A stretch of DNA of 61,420 bases, the filler included, from Sphacelaria rigidula (taxonomy: Eukaryota): the NCBI GenBank assembly GCA_964200075.2. It is 7 parts of 7 records of this genome, joined end to end, with 100 filler letters (N's around TTAATTAATTAA, not from the genome) between each part and the next. Parts side by side here need not be neighbours in the genome. Positions count along the whole stretch, not along the records: positions 26,368 to 35,056 come from CAXNAA020010374.1; positions 35,157 to 43,844 come from CAXNAA020010375.1; 5 more parts are not named here. One strand, written 5' to 3'. Each line of letters opens with the position of its first letter. Positions within the stretch are counted from its first letter, which is position 1. Positions 27,199 to 39,043 of the stretch are shown here, piece after piece. The position numbers and the translations under genes are program-made. The notes below the pieces were generated by a model. That model was not told the DNA's origin. It searched no databases and saw only the letters and a program-made list of their open reading frames with translations.

Positions 27199-27327
27199 AT
27201 GGCGGCCTCGGGTGCTAATATAGGAGCCAATACCCCAGGTGCGAAGGTGGAGACCAGGACATGGGTATTGCAGGCCGAAACTGAGCTGAGGTTCGATGTA
27301 TCCTCCGAGCACACCCTCACAGTAGTG
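27199..27327 (+). CDS. CLP1: CLP1 polynucleotide 5'-kinase / mRNA cleavage factor, first coding exon
   Basis: MAASGANIGANTPGAKVETRTWVLQAETELRFDVSSEHTLTVV followed by a gtgagt donor; matches the Clp1 N-terminal LxxETELRFEV motif. No later exon was recognised. Confidence 0.75.
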
Positions 27328-27620
27328 GTGAGTTTTGGGCGAGCTGAGGGATTCGACAAACGGATATAGTGTAGACACATAGCGAAGGAGCTGGTTATTG
27401 TTTACGGCTGCTGTGTTCGGTGGGGTATGGATTGTGGGGTAGAATACGCGTGTATCGGGGTATGCAGCGAAGGGTGTGTGTTTGTTTCTGCTGCTTGTAT
27501 TGCCGTCAACAACGCTAATAATGACACTCGAAAACTGCAGTAGACCTAAAGCTTTGGTCGTATATCTATGGTTGACAACATGACTTCTTCATTTGAGACT
27601 TGAAAAGGTCATCCAGACCG

Positions 27621-27963
27621 GTCGCCCCGGTGGCTCAGTTGGTAACCTCGAAACCTTCTGATGGTTGAGTAGTGGAGTTCAATTCCTGGAGCGATCTAGG
27701 GATTTTTCTCACAACACGCTCAACAGTGGAGAGCGAGTATGTCGTGGGTACACAAAAAGCGATTGAATGGTCGACGAGGAAAAGGGAGTGCTGAATTCCT
27801 CTCGCGATAAAATATGAAAGGAAACACCGCAGAAGGAAGGTGGAGTACTAAAACAAACAAAACATAGCAAACCCCTGTGTTGACCTTCCTCCTGTGTGAC
27901 CCCGGCTGGTGCGCCCACATATACCAAAAGGTGCAGACTGGCGCCCAGAACAGATGGGACGAC

Positions 27964-28009
<46 letters not shown>
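27621..28009 (+). mobile_element. tRNA-derived SINE with (CA)n tail
   Basis: A box TGGCTCAGTTGG, B box GAGTTCAATTCC, ~270-nt body and long (CA)n tail; colinear with the copy at 40420. Confidence 0.88.
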
Positions 28010-28014
<5 letters not shown>

Positions 28015-29770
28015 TTCTGAGAAAAAATATGGTTTGGAGCAGGTGAGCAGTGGACCCAGGTCGTCCAGAACGTGTTTTGGTCGGAATCGCCGCCTGCGGC
28101 GTCGATTTGAAGTCTGTCAATGCCCACTTTGCCCAGGGTAATCTAAGCACTCCCCCTGCCCGAGGGTCTCGTACGTCTCGGGTCGGGGTTAGGGTTAGGG
28201 GTACCGTTATTGTTAGTTTGTTCGAAATAATCAACTATAGATGAACGACCAAAACTTCAGGTCGCCTCGAAAATTGATACACTCTCCTCGCTGTAACACA
28301 TGTATCCGCGTTGGAGAGCCATACTTGTAGTGTTGTACCGGCTATAATAATATCCTGTCCCGCAGCACAGCACAGTACAGAAAAATGTTGTAAAACAGTT
28401 CGGCATGCACTTCTCAGTGTTGTAACAAAAAAAAAAGAGTTCATGTTTTCAAAATCTGACCTGTTTTCGTCTCGTTACACGCTCTTGCAACACTCAAGTC
28501 CAGAATCAGCGACAAGGGCTTATTGATTGTGCTTCAAATGACACCTAGGCGAAGTTCAGCGCCTTGCGGCTCCGGCAGCGCATATCAGTGCTGTTTCTTT
28601 TCGATAGTGTGGAGGCGGTATTTTTGGAGATCAGGCGCCCCCACACAGCGCACCTGGCGTCTGATGATGCTGAAGCTTGACGTGTGTGTGGGTTGAAGCC
28701 GCCGGTAGGTGTTGACGCAGCAGTTTCGGCGACCCCAGGCGTTTGTGTGCTGCGTGGCTTGAAAGGATGATCATGCACGATGCTGCGGTGATTCCGTAAA
28801 CTGTAACACTTTCCAGAGACAATTCTAGAGGTAACGATATGAAATCCGGTCGGAGGCAGGGGTAGATGTTGTCATCCTTGTTGTTTTCGTCGGCCCTCTG
28901 TCTGTCGAGGCCGGCACCGAGACAGAAAACAACCACCAGTTGATGTTCTCCATATGTTATAGGCAGATGCCCTTGGCATTTATACGCCGTGTCGAGCAAG
29001 ACGCGATCGCACAGCGTAGCGAAAGAGAAGAGTGTCCTCTGCCAACGACCACCGCGGACCTGTTCGGGAAGGGGGCAGCGTCTCCTCCCTCACAGTGCCA
29101 GACTTCGCATGGCGGTTACCATGGCGGTTTGAGCATGACAAGGGCGGTTGCTGTAGTTTTATTCTATCAGAATCAACCGGATATTCTTACAAGACATGCT
29201 TCCACGTGAATATACTTACCTTTCTCTGGCAGGTGCGTAATCGCTCCTTAGCGGAGTGTTCACTTGGTTTCGGAAAAGGACAGAGTGCGAGTTGTAATTT
29301 GACTTTTTTTCACGGATGGATGGGTATTCGAGCACACCCTGGGCAATAGACAGCATCCATTGCAATAGCAATAAAATCTGCTGCAGTAGATGTCAATATT
29401 GTCGTCCGTGACGGCTATCGATCGACAAGTTTCTCCTTCTGTCAGCAATATATATCGATAGACCCGTTTTCAACGCTCTTGCCCGGGCAGCAGTATGCTC
29501 TGATCCTTCACCGAAATCTATTGCCGCCGGCCGAATGTATCGATCGATAGCTTTCCAAATATCTTGATGACGGCGATTGCTGTTGATAGATTGTGTACCA
29601 AATCTATCCAGGACGGAAATCGCTATTAACCCTTTTGGGACCGGGCCTCCTGAAAACCAATGAGGCTGGTTAGGAATGACGTGTCTGGCGTCCGCACGAA
29701 ACAACAGCTTAATGTGAAAATCCACGTATGTAACCGCCGCATGCAGGGTTAGGGAGAAGACCGAAATTTT

Positions 29771-29940
29771 CAAGGTTGTGTTTTGCAGGGTACGGTTTTC
29801 TCTATACCCGGGGTATTTTGCCGGGTACTTACCGTACCCGACAGTTCTGTGACTTCTGTAAGACTTCCATACCGGTACCCGACAGTTTTGTAATCTCTGG
29901 AAGACTCCCGTACCCCTACCGGGGGTTAGGGTATACCGTT
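29771..29940. mobile_element. Truncated copy of the CAAGG-TIR MITE (family C)
   Basis: caaggttgtgttttgcagggtacgg end plus gttctgt...taccc subrepeats, as in 30704-31191. Confidence 0.7.
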
Positions 29941-30110
29941 ATAGATATACACGTTTGCAGGTATGAGCACAGGCATACGTTGGGGTGGTACGGATATAGG
30001 TTTAATCCAAACACAACCTCATGACCTGAGCATGTACCTCCCATCGAACAACCCACCCAACTCTTTCATTCAAAACTGTAAACCAACAATAATTCAATGT
30101 TGAAAAGTTC

Positions 30111-30367
30111 CACACGTCGGACAGCTCATGAGCTACCTAAGTATTACTTCTTATTAGTGTACTGATCCGGATCACGAGCTAGCTCATGTGATCGCTTTTT
30201 CCATATTTTCTCCCTACAGCGCTGGACACCGTGCACGCGGAGAAGCGCAAAGGTAGCGCTTTGGCTTCTCGGGCCCTGCTGACACGTAATTTGTGTTTTT
30301 GGATGAGCAATCTGAGAGTACCTTTCGATTTGTCATTTTCGGTAGCTCATGAGCTGTCCGACGTGTG
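30111..30367. mobile_element. Intact non-autonomous DNA transposon with 27-bp perfect TIRs and an 8-bp TSD (hAT/P/Merlin-type TSD length)
   Basis: cacacgtcggacagctcatgagctacc (30111-30137) is the exact reverse complement of 30341-30367; aaaagttc lies at both 30103-30110 and 30368-30375. Confidence 0.9.
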
Positions 30368-30703
30368 AAAAGTTCTTTAGTTTGAAATCTGAAGGGATAC
30401 GAGGTACCGCTGAGTGGAAACATTGTACAGCACAGACTATGAGCTGCCACCGAAAGGCCGTCGGCGATTTTGTGGTGCCGATTGGCTTCCAGAGAACGGG
30501 CAGCCGTGAATGCTCCTTCATGTACTCTCTGAGAGTGTACGTGAAGCCAATATTTGTTGACGATATCGTGCACATGTACTACTGCGATTGTTCGTGTAGT
30601 CTTTCTCCATCAACCCCGCGAAGCCGTTCAGAGTTTCCGTGACCTATCATCTGTATTTCGCCACTGTTACAGTGACGTAGGTCCCACCACAGGGGTGATA
30701 ATA

Positions 30704-31191
30704 CCAAGGTCGTGTTTTGTAGGGTACGGTTTTCTGTATACCCGAGGTGTTCTGAGTATTCACCGTACCTGACAGTTCTGTAATGTCTGAAGACCTTGTA
30801 CCCGTACCCAGTAGTTCTGTGAGTTCTGTAAGCCTCCCGTACTATTACCGGGGGCACGGGTATGCTCTTGATAAGATACGCGGTTGCGGGTACGGTTTTC
30901 TGTGCAACCACTCTACCCGACAGTTTCTGTGAGTTCTGCAAGCTTCCCATATCTTTACCTGACAGGTTTGTGAGTTTTGTACAAAAAATTTACCCTGACC
31001 CAACGCGCGGGTACGCCCTAAAAGACTTACCCGACTGCCGGTACTGGTTTTCTGTAAGCCTCCCATACCGTACCTGAGAAATCCTGTAATTTCTGTAAGA
31101 CTTTCATACCGGTACCTGACAGATATGTAAGTTCTGTAAAGAATCTCATACCCTACAGAACGCACCCGTACCTTACAGAGCACAACCTTGG
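30704..31191. mobile_element. MITE, family C, with internal degenerate tandem subrepeats
   Basis: TIRs ccaaggtcgtgttttgtagggtacgg / ccgtaccttacagagcacaaccttgg; internal gttctgtgagttctgtaag...accgtacc units. Confidence 0.8.
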
Positions 31192-33129
31192 AAAGTTTCA
31201 TCCAATCTACTTTCAGGTGCAGATACAAACTGTAATTCAGGGGGGGTGCGCATTAGGTATTGTTTATCTGATGAACGAGCAGTATGGGTCGCGGTAGAGA
31301 TCTTCCAACAGGATGCGGCGACCGGCGGGCCGCCCGCCACTTGTGGCTTTGGATGATAGTGTTGTCCCCATCACCTTGCCACACGGCCCTTTGTGGTCGG
31401 GGTGGGCCGTGATTTCCCTCTTTGTTGCAAGCGGCGAATTCTCTTGGAAGGGTATGGGCGTTGCGGCGCACTTACGAACAGTACAGTACAGTGCTGTACG
31501 CCTCTCCGACTGCAGCAGCAGCTACCGCTGCATACCCCCTTGCACGTTCTGGGCAGTTCTCAGCGACGGAGATCAGCTGTCTATGCAAAGCTTGTTCATC
31601 CCCGCCCACTACATACATGTTCACAGTGTCCTGCAAGTCATCGGCAGAGGGATGAGCAGAATTCATGAGGGTAGCTCATTTCGTCTTTCCACGGCCCACC
31701 TGGGCTTACTGCCTCGTGAAAATGACCACATTGTGGCATGTACGCTCCTTCTCGGCTTTTTCCACTCCACCCTGTGTTGATGTAATTACTACGTTTTAGT
31801 ATAGAGTTGCGGCAAAACCCCCCCGGAAAGTCCTGGGAACGCTATACTGAATGCAAGTGATACAGTAAAACCAAGCTGCGACCACCCTGCATTTGGAAAC
31901 CTGGAAAGGCTTATCTCGGCCAGGGATAGGGCCCCCACACGATCTTTGCAGTCGCATCACACTCGACAACAGTCCCCGCGCTGGTCGTTCGGGTCTGGTC
32001 GATAAATTTCGCCTCGCCGTGATTGGGTAGGTCGCTCCCTGACTCATTTTTTATTATTTCACTAACACGGGGTCATCCTTGTGTTGGTGAGGGGTCGATC
32101 CCAAAAGGGTCAATAAATTGCGTACAAAATATATGCATGGCGGCATTGAATATCGATAGATACATACTAGAATCCACTGTGGTATACAATGCCTACCGAT
32201 TGATATTGTCTGTCGTGTATTGCCACACCTACATCGCAACATAGTATGTACGTATTATTATTTACTTATTTTTGTCGCACTTTGAACCCCTCCTCTTCCT
32301 CGGGATGAGTTCGTGGTCTCAAGGGATCAACGCATCTCTCCCCGGTATGTATGAAGCATGTTTTACTCAGTTGAAGTACGATGAAGAAGCCGCAGGCGAA
32401 CATGCGGTGGGCATATGATGATATTACTTGTGACTATACGACGTCACGATTCTACAATTTTGGAATGGTTGTATGTTGTAGGAATCCGCAAGATGTGTGG
32501 ACCAACGTTTATGGGTTTTGTTGGTGTGGTGTGTTGGTTCTTATGGTCGTCCCTGTGCTGGACATGAGCGCTCACAGTTATGGATGGGACTGGAGGGCGT
32601 AACGACCAAAAAATCAGCGGCAAACTAAAAAAAAACATAAGTGCGGAGGAACAATGAACACGTCAGTAGGTGGTCGCACCTGTGCCGAGGCCCTCTCGAG
32701 CAGAACGCACGCTTCATCACTTATAAACTTGATTTACTATGGGACAGCTCTAGCACGGGAGATCGCGCGGTTCTCGACACAGGAAGCAAGGCAGCCTACG
32801 GCACTTCACACACCCCTGCATACACACAAGATCTAGGATAATCCATTTCACATTTTCCTGGCGTCGCGCCAGCAGCGAGAAAACCCCCTCCCAGAGCGCA
32901 AAACACCTCATTTTTGTACGTTTGGGTTTGTTGCGGCTCAGTATCACGCTCAAACGAAAAGGTGAATAAGTTTGATCTAGCTTGGGTGTGTGGGAAGCGC
33001 ACGCAAGAAACGGCAGTCCAATCCTCTGCTTCGTCACCGAGTTCTACGTGTTGCGCGATCGGCACTTTTAGGTTGAGGATTAGTGTCTAGCGCTATTATA
33101 ATAGAGGTTCAACATCGCAAATTCAAAAC

Positions 33130-34140
33130 AATCGGTGCGCATGTTGTTTTTTCTCGCCGCAAGTTGTCACGACATGCAGTTTGGTTGCGTGTCGGCAGGC
33201 GCCGCTGCTTAGTTCTGTGCGGCTGTGCACAACAGGCAATTTCGCCTTTCAACAGCGAGTACCCCTTCAAGTGTCTAATTTCAGAGGGGGAGTTCACAGA
33301 AGAAAGACAAAGCTGGCGGCTGCTTCGTATCAGAGCTCCAGTGCAGAAGCCGAGACGTCTGGAGCGATTGTAGTACTTGCACTGCCTTACATCTGCTAGC
33401 GACTGTTGTGATCATGCACTTCGTAATTGTCTGTTTATCTATACTAACATGTAAGTGAGATGCAAACTATGCGACGGTCGACAGCTTCGTTTTGGGCTGC
33501 ATATTTTTTTCTCGCAGCGAGCAGTGTGTGACGGTGTTACACTTTGTGGCGTGCCGCTAGGTGCTGCTTCGTTCTGTACGGCTGTGCACAATGAGCAAAT
33601 TAGCCTTTCAACAGCGAGTACTCTTCATGTATTGAGTCGCAGAGGGCGAGGTAACACATGAACTTCGGCTGTTGAATCTGAGGGTTCCAGCGGAGAAACC
33701 AGGGCGCCAAGAGCGATTTTTTATTTCAGACTACACACTGACTATATATGAACAGGTCAGCAGAGCAACCATATTTCAACTGACTGCCTGTACATACTGA
33801 AAATATTATGTAAACCATGCGACTTACACCAACTTATATCTTCGACCAGATGCTATTTTTGGCACCAATTTCACGACATTTGCTTTGGTGGCGGTCCGCC
33901 ATGTGCTGCTCTGTTCTGTGGGGATGTGTACAAAGGACAATCTCACTTATCATGAGCGAATGCCCTTTCACCCCTTGGCTTGTAGGGGACGAGTTCACCG
34001 ATGAAACACGGCCGTCTTGTGGCAGACGTTTTCGAGATAAAACCCAAGGGATGCGCGACGCTGCTGCTCATGGTATCCAATTTTCCGTATTCTCTCGTTC
34101 TAGCACAATGTCAGGCACGCCTTTCACTGCAGATGCGTTG
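33130..34140. repeat. Ancient diverged tandem repeat, about 350-bp period
   Basis: Anchor ttctgt.cggctgtgcacaa...cctttcaacagcgagtac at ~33213 and ~33572, diverged at ~33914, partial at ~34098. Confidence 0.7.
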
Positions 34141-34949
34141 GTGTGTGGCGGCCACAACTGTCGCTGTTCGTCTTCTTGTCTTGTTCTATTCGCAATGGTG
34201 GTAAACGTGGGGTGGCAGCTCGGTCGCGTGCGCTTCCAGAGTAGTACAGTAGCTGAACACTAGTGCACCAAGAGTTTGCACCCACTGATCTGGAGCGAGT
34301 TATGCGGAGGAACAAAATCATCTCAACACCGAGCACTCACAGGCTTGAAGATATATACCATGTTTATAGTACATTTCATATGAGCCAGGTCGTTGTTTCT
34401 AGGTGACGCATATATTTTTGATTGATATGATTCGTCTGATTACGGTCCAGTTCTTACGCATATAGCGTTCGTGATCCATTTTCCCGAAATATAGTACCCA
34501 AAATCGGGCCCCAGTCCCACCCATAACAGTACTTTGGTGCCTGGGTGAGATGTGCCTATACCCTGGACAATAGACCATGTAATAGAACATTGCCGCAGCA
34601 ATAGCCCCGAAAATTTGACTGTCGATGTTCATTGTCAATCATATTCGATTGACATCAATGTCTATGAAAAGCTTTTGCAGGCAACAATAGATTCGGGACA
34701 AGGGACATTGTGTATCATTGCCGTGACAATTGAGGGGTCAAGTTGTCTATCGACACATTTTGTTTGTTGCAACAGGCTCTGAATTGCGGTCACTGGTGTC
34801 TACTGTTAATCACAGGAGGATGTGCCACGCGACCACCAATACATATTGTTGGTCACCATAGGATATATATATATATATATATATATTGCGCCCACCAATG
34901 TCCATTACAGGTCGCAATATATTCTAAATCACGGCCACCAACAACAGCC

Positions 34950-35056
34950 GATTTTCGAACATGGGGTTGAAGAAACATAGGTTCAACTCAAAAGCCGTGC
35001 TTTCCCTGACCTAAATTCATGACAAATGGTTTTCATATGGACCGCCCCATCCCTCC
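34950..35056. mobile_element. Family B foldback MITE, left arm cut by the contig end
   Basis: aggttcaactcaaaagccgtgctttccctgacctaaattcatga, as at 48642. Confidence 0.8.
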
Positions 35057-35177
35057 NNNNNNNNNNNNNNNNNNNNNNNNNNNNNNNNNNNNNNNNNNNN
35101 TTAATTAATTAANNNNNNNNNNNNNNNNNNNNNNNNNNNNNNNNNNNNNNNNNNNNTGTGGTTTGGTGCGGCTGGGT

Positions 35178-35208
<31 letters not shown>

Positions 35209-37166
35209 GGGGGGGGGGTGGTGTGGGTGTGGGTTATCGTAGAAAGTGTTCAATACGTAGTCTTTGTTTCAGCACAATTACCAGTAACGATATCAAATAA
35301 CATTGGAATGAACATCCTTAACATCCGTCTGCTACTTACCATCCAAAGCTAAAGCTGTGAAATCGTGTGCCGTTGCTATGCACGACAAAATACCACAAGG
35401 ACAAAAAGTGCCGACGAAAGGAGCGAAAATATTTTACGAAAAAAAGGCTCCCGAAAGACGACGCTACAATCACCCATTCCGTCTATTGCACTGTCGACTA
35501 GAAATAGAGACACCGCAAGACCATCCCCTGTGCACATACTCGGCCGAAGACAAAACGAGGGACGGAAAACACCCGCACTGTTACAGCATTTCCAAAACTG
35601 CCGTGCGTACAGAGTATGAGTGCCCAAGCTCTGTTTCGGAAAAATAAACTATACAAGTACTACCAACATCGCTGGACATCACCACGGAGTATCATGAAAA
35701 GTTCAGTCTCCGGGGGGGGAGGGGGGCGTGAAAAGTTCAGCAGAACAACACAGATCAGCCATGTTCGTTGAGAGTGAAGACACCAATCTATCTTTGTCAG
35801 AGCAGCGCTGTCGCAACAGCACACAAAAACACACCCGTGGTTTTTGTACCGACAACCACCCCACCCTTGATCTCGCTTGACGTAAAAGCGCACAAAATAA
35901 CAGAACGCGAGTCATCCCACAATAGGGAGAGGGGGGTGTACTCATGATCATGCATGCCATAGTCATCAGAACATTGACCTCACATGGGGGTGGGGGTGGA
36001 GGTGGGGGGTGGGGAGGTATTTAAGCCATTTCTTGAGCGAAATTGCCACTTCGAATCGGCGTGGAAGCAGCAACGTCTGTTAGGACGCGCATGGTGCCAA
36101 TAAGGCACACCTATAGTTCTTGACACCGTCTTCACCCAAACGCACCGAGCGGGTTAGGTTCCCTGACAGACCAATGAGCCCATGATTCTCTTGCCATCAC
36201 CCCCCCCCCCCCCCCCCCCCCTATCGTAGGATCACCCGTTCGTAGCGAGCAAAGGGGACAAGGATCTCTGATTTCATCCACGTGGCGCTATCGTCAAACA
36301 CACACACACACATGGATATACACGGGTGCCTACTGTATCGACAATCATCTCTGCGTGCGAACTCTTATCTCGGTGGTCCCGTCCGGACGCCAGAACACAC
36401 GACACAACAGAACGCGATTCATTACATACATCGGTCGACTGGCTGATTGATTCTTGTCTCACATGAACCGATTTCCGCTGCATCGATGCCATACGCATTC
36501 AGCCGTAGTCATAACAAGATAGACGGTGCCCAGGGGTCAAAATTGACGGCAATCCGACGCATACACACCGAATAAAACACTCGCTCAACGAATGTCGAAT
36601 GTAAAAGAACACACTGTATAATAGTAACAAAACATAAAAGCTGCGATATGGAGCTGAATGTGGGCGCGCTCCCACACTTTTCTGTGAACAGGTCGAAACA
36701 TCAACGAAATGGAAATTCCCCCGCGAGTGCGTGCTGTTTTCAAAAATATCTCGTCATGGCTACCTGGACTTGCTCTCTGGTTTTCATCGAACAAAGGTGT
36801 TACATGGCCAGGCGATAAGCGCTCAGGAGTCCACGGAAAAGAAACTAGCCAGCACGGGGGGGGAATACACACCACCGCTATACCGCATGTGCTAAAAGGA
36901 GGCACTGCTACAAGCACCAACCACCCTGACACGAGAACCGGGCGGCACTACCTCAGCAACTCACAACTCTCGTGAGCTGCGACGCCGCCCCCCACCTCCA
37001 CTGAACAGTACCTGCACCTCACTGGAAACACGGGGAAGACAACGACAAATCCACTTGCTTGAAACACCCCGCCCTATGAATAGCGACACAGCATACCTAT
37101 CGCTGCCGAGTGGTGCTCTCCGTTTCGAGTGACCCCCCCCGACCGATATATAGCATACCCCCTTTT

Positions 37167-37244
37167 TGTCGCATCTTCGGGGTGTACTCATGACCATGCA
37201 TACCATAGTCATCAGACCATTGACCTCTGTCGCATCTTCGGGGT
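37167..37244 (-). mobile_element. 44-bp truncated insertion of a G/C-tract-associated repeat, flanked by a 17-bp TSD
   Basis: tgtcgcatcttcggggt at 37167-37183 and 37228-37244 flanks gtactcatgaccatgcataccatagtcatcagaccattgacctc. The same sequence family occurs at ~26179, ~35937 and ~52566. Confidence 0.75.
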
Positions 37245-39043
37245 AGATCGATTCACACACTCCCCGCAAGTGCCTGCAATTTCGCAATAATTCGTCACCT
37301 TTCTGTTTCGAACCGAACATGCTGATGAGTCATGCGCATCAGTCCCCCTGGGCTACGGACTCAACTCGAAACACGGCGAAAATGTATATAGAAAAAACGT
37401 CCGCACTTGATTTGGACTGGGTATCTTGACCAACCATTCCACGTTCTCCGTAATAAACTTTCGAGAAGAGATGTGATCGTTGTCATCTGCTTTGTTCGGC
37501 CATATGTGAACCAGTGTGCACCCCCTCCCCCTCCCCCCCCGGGATGTTGGAGGTGTCTCTTTTTTGGGTAGGAACGGTGCTCCATCTCGAAAGGGGGGCG
37601 TGGTCAATGGTCAAACGACTAAGGCGAGGAACACATGAGTACGCCCCCCCCCCCTCCCCCCTCCTCCCGGATGTCTATTTGCCTGAATTTCCTCTATTAA
37701 TGAGAGCAAGTAATTTCGAGATGCCGCAGCGTCTTTTTCCCATCCCCATAATCTGAGGTTCCAACGCGGTAAATAATGGCAGCTTTATAACCCCCTCCCC
37801 CGCGCCCCCACCCCCCCTAAAGGACGGTCAACAGATACGGTACTATACGGATTGTATAGCTTGTCCAGATATCGACAAGGCTTGCGACGTTTCCCCAGTT
37901 GTTTCTGCGCCCAGTCTCGAATCCAGCAGTGAAGCCTACCCTAGCCCACGCATCGCAAGCTTCGTTTTGTCTCCGCACAGAGGCCATTCCGTCGGCCTTG
38001 ATAGGCAGGGGTTCTCGGCGTCCAACGTCAACGAGTCTGTTGGGGCAGTTCCACGGCTTCTTCAAGCAATTCATGCATAAAACTCGTCACATGCTGCCCG
38101 GAACATGACAATGTGCTGCAGACGCAAAGCATGTGAGCTTCAACAATACGACGCAGAATGTCCCCACCCCCACCCCTGTGCACCGTCCACACATCGATTG
38201 CGTTCACAAAGGCGAAATTCTCCTTGCACCACATATCTTGGATCCCCGCGATGTCAACCCAGCCCAAAAACGCCCCCCCTCCACAGGTGAATACTGGTCA
38301 GAGTACCGCAGAATGGTTCGCTTACACACCACGACAGCATAGCACCATCTACCTCCCCTGAAGACGAGGATACTACAGTGGCGAAAAGACCCGGGGTCGA
38401 CATCAGTACCCGCCATTCGCGGTTAATGGTCCAACGACTACAGCAAGCAACAAATGAATGAGTGGGCCCCCCCCACCCCCCCCCCCCCCCCCCCCCCCCC
38501 CCGCCACCGGCCTAGCCGCGAGCGCCAGTAGCGGCCGCGCCGCGGNNNNNNNNNNGCCAGTCGCGGGTAATGGTCCCACGACTCCCGCACCCAACAAATG
38601 AATGAGTGCCCTCCCCCCCGCCCCCCCCCCCCCTCGAATGGAGTGTTTCTACGTGAAACGACGTGTCGCTCGCTGGGCGTCAGGACGCAGTTGTGATGAC
38701 AAGCACCGCTTCCTTCACCCCAACACACTGTGGCCAAGAAGACATCCCGTGACGATCCTCGATGCAGCACTTCCATTCCCCGACAGGCCAGGGTGATGAT
38801 ATCTACCACAAATGTCGACAGGATATCAACTGCACACAGGTCGCGCGACACCGACGTGAACGATATGCCGATATGCCGGTATCTATCTGATCAAATTGTC
38901 TGCAATCTGCCGTCCACAATCGTACGGTAGGAAACCAGAACACTGTAAACCCTCGTCGGTTCATCTCTCCCCCGTATCCCACCCTTCCTTCCCCATTTCC
39001 CGTCCTTGCAAAAATTCAACCACAATAGTCCGCTATATATCTA

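Noticed and set aside
27621-27695. tRNA genes (also at 40420 and 55335-55406)
   Set aside because: A and B boxes are present, but the cloverleaf is imperfect and each continues into a shared SINE body and CA tail.
30220-30252. Mini-exon with good splice signals as CLP1 exon 2
   Set aside because: Lies inside the TIR element, and the in-phase peptide RWTPCTRRSAK is not Clp1-like.
37322-37385. Hammerhead ribozyme (CTGATGA...GAAA)
   Set aside because: Stem II next to the core does not pair. The CTGATGA in the G/C-tract repeat also lacks a downstream GAAA.
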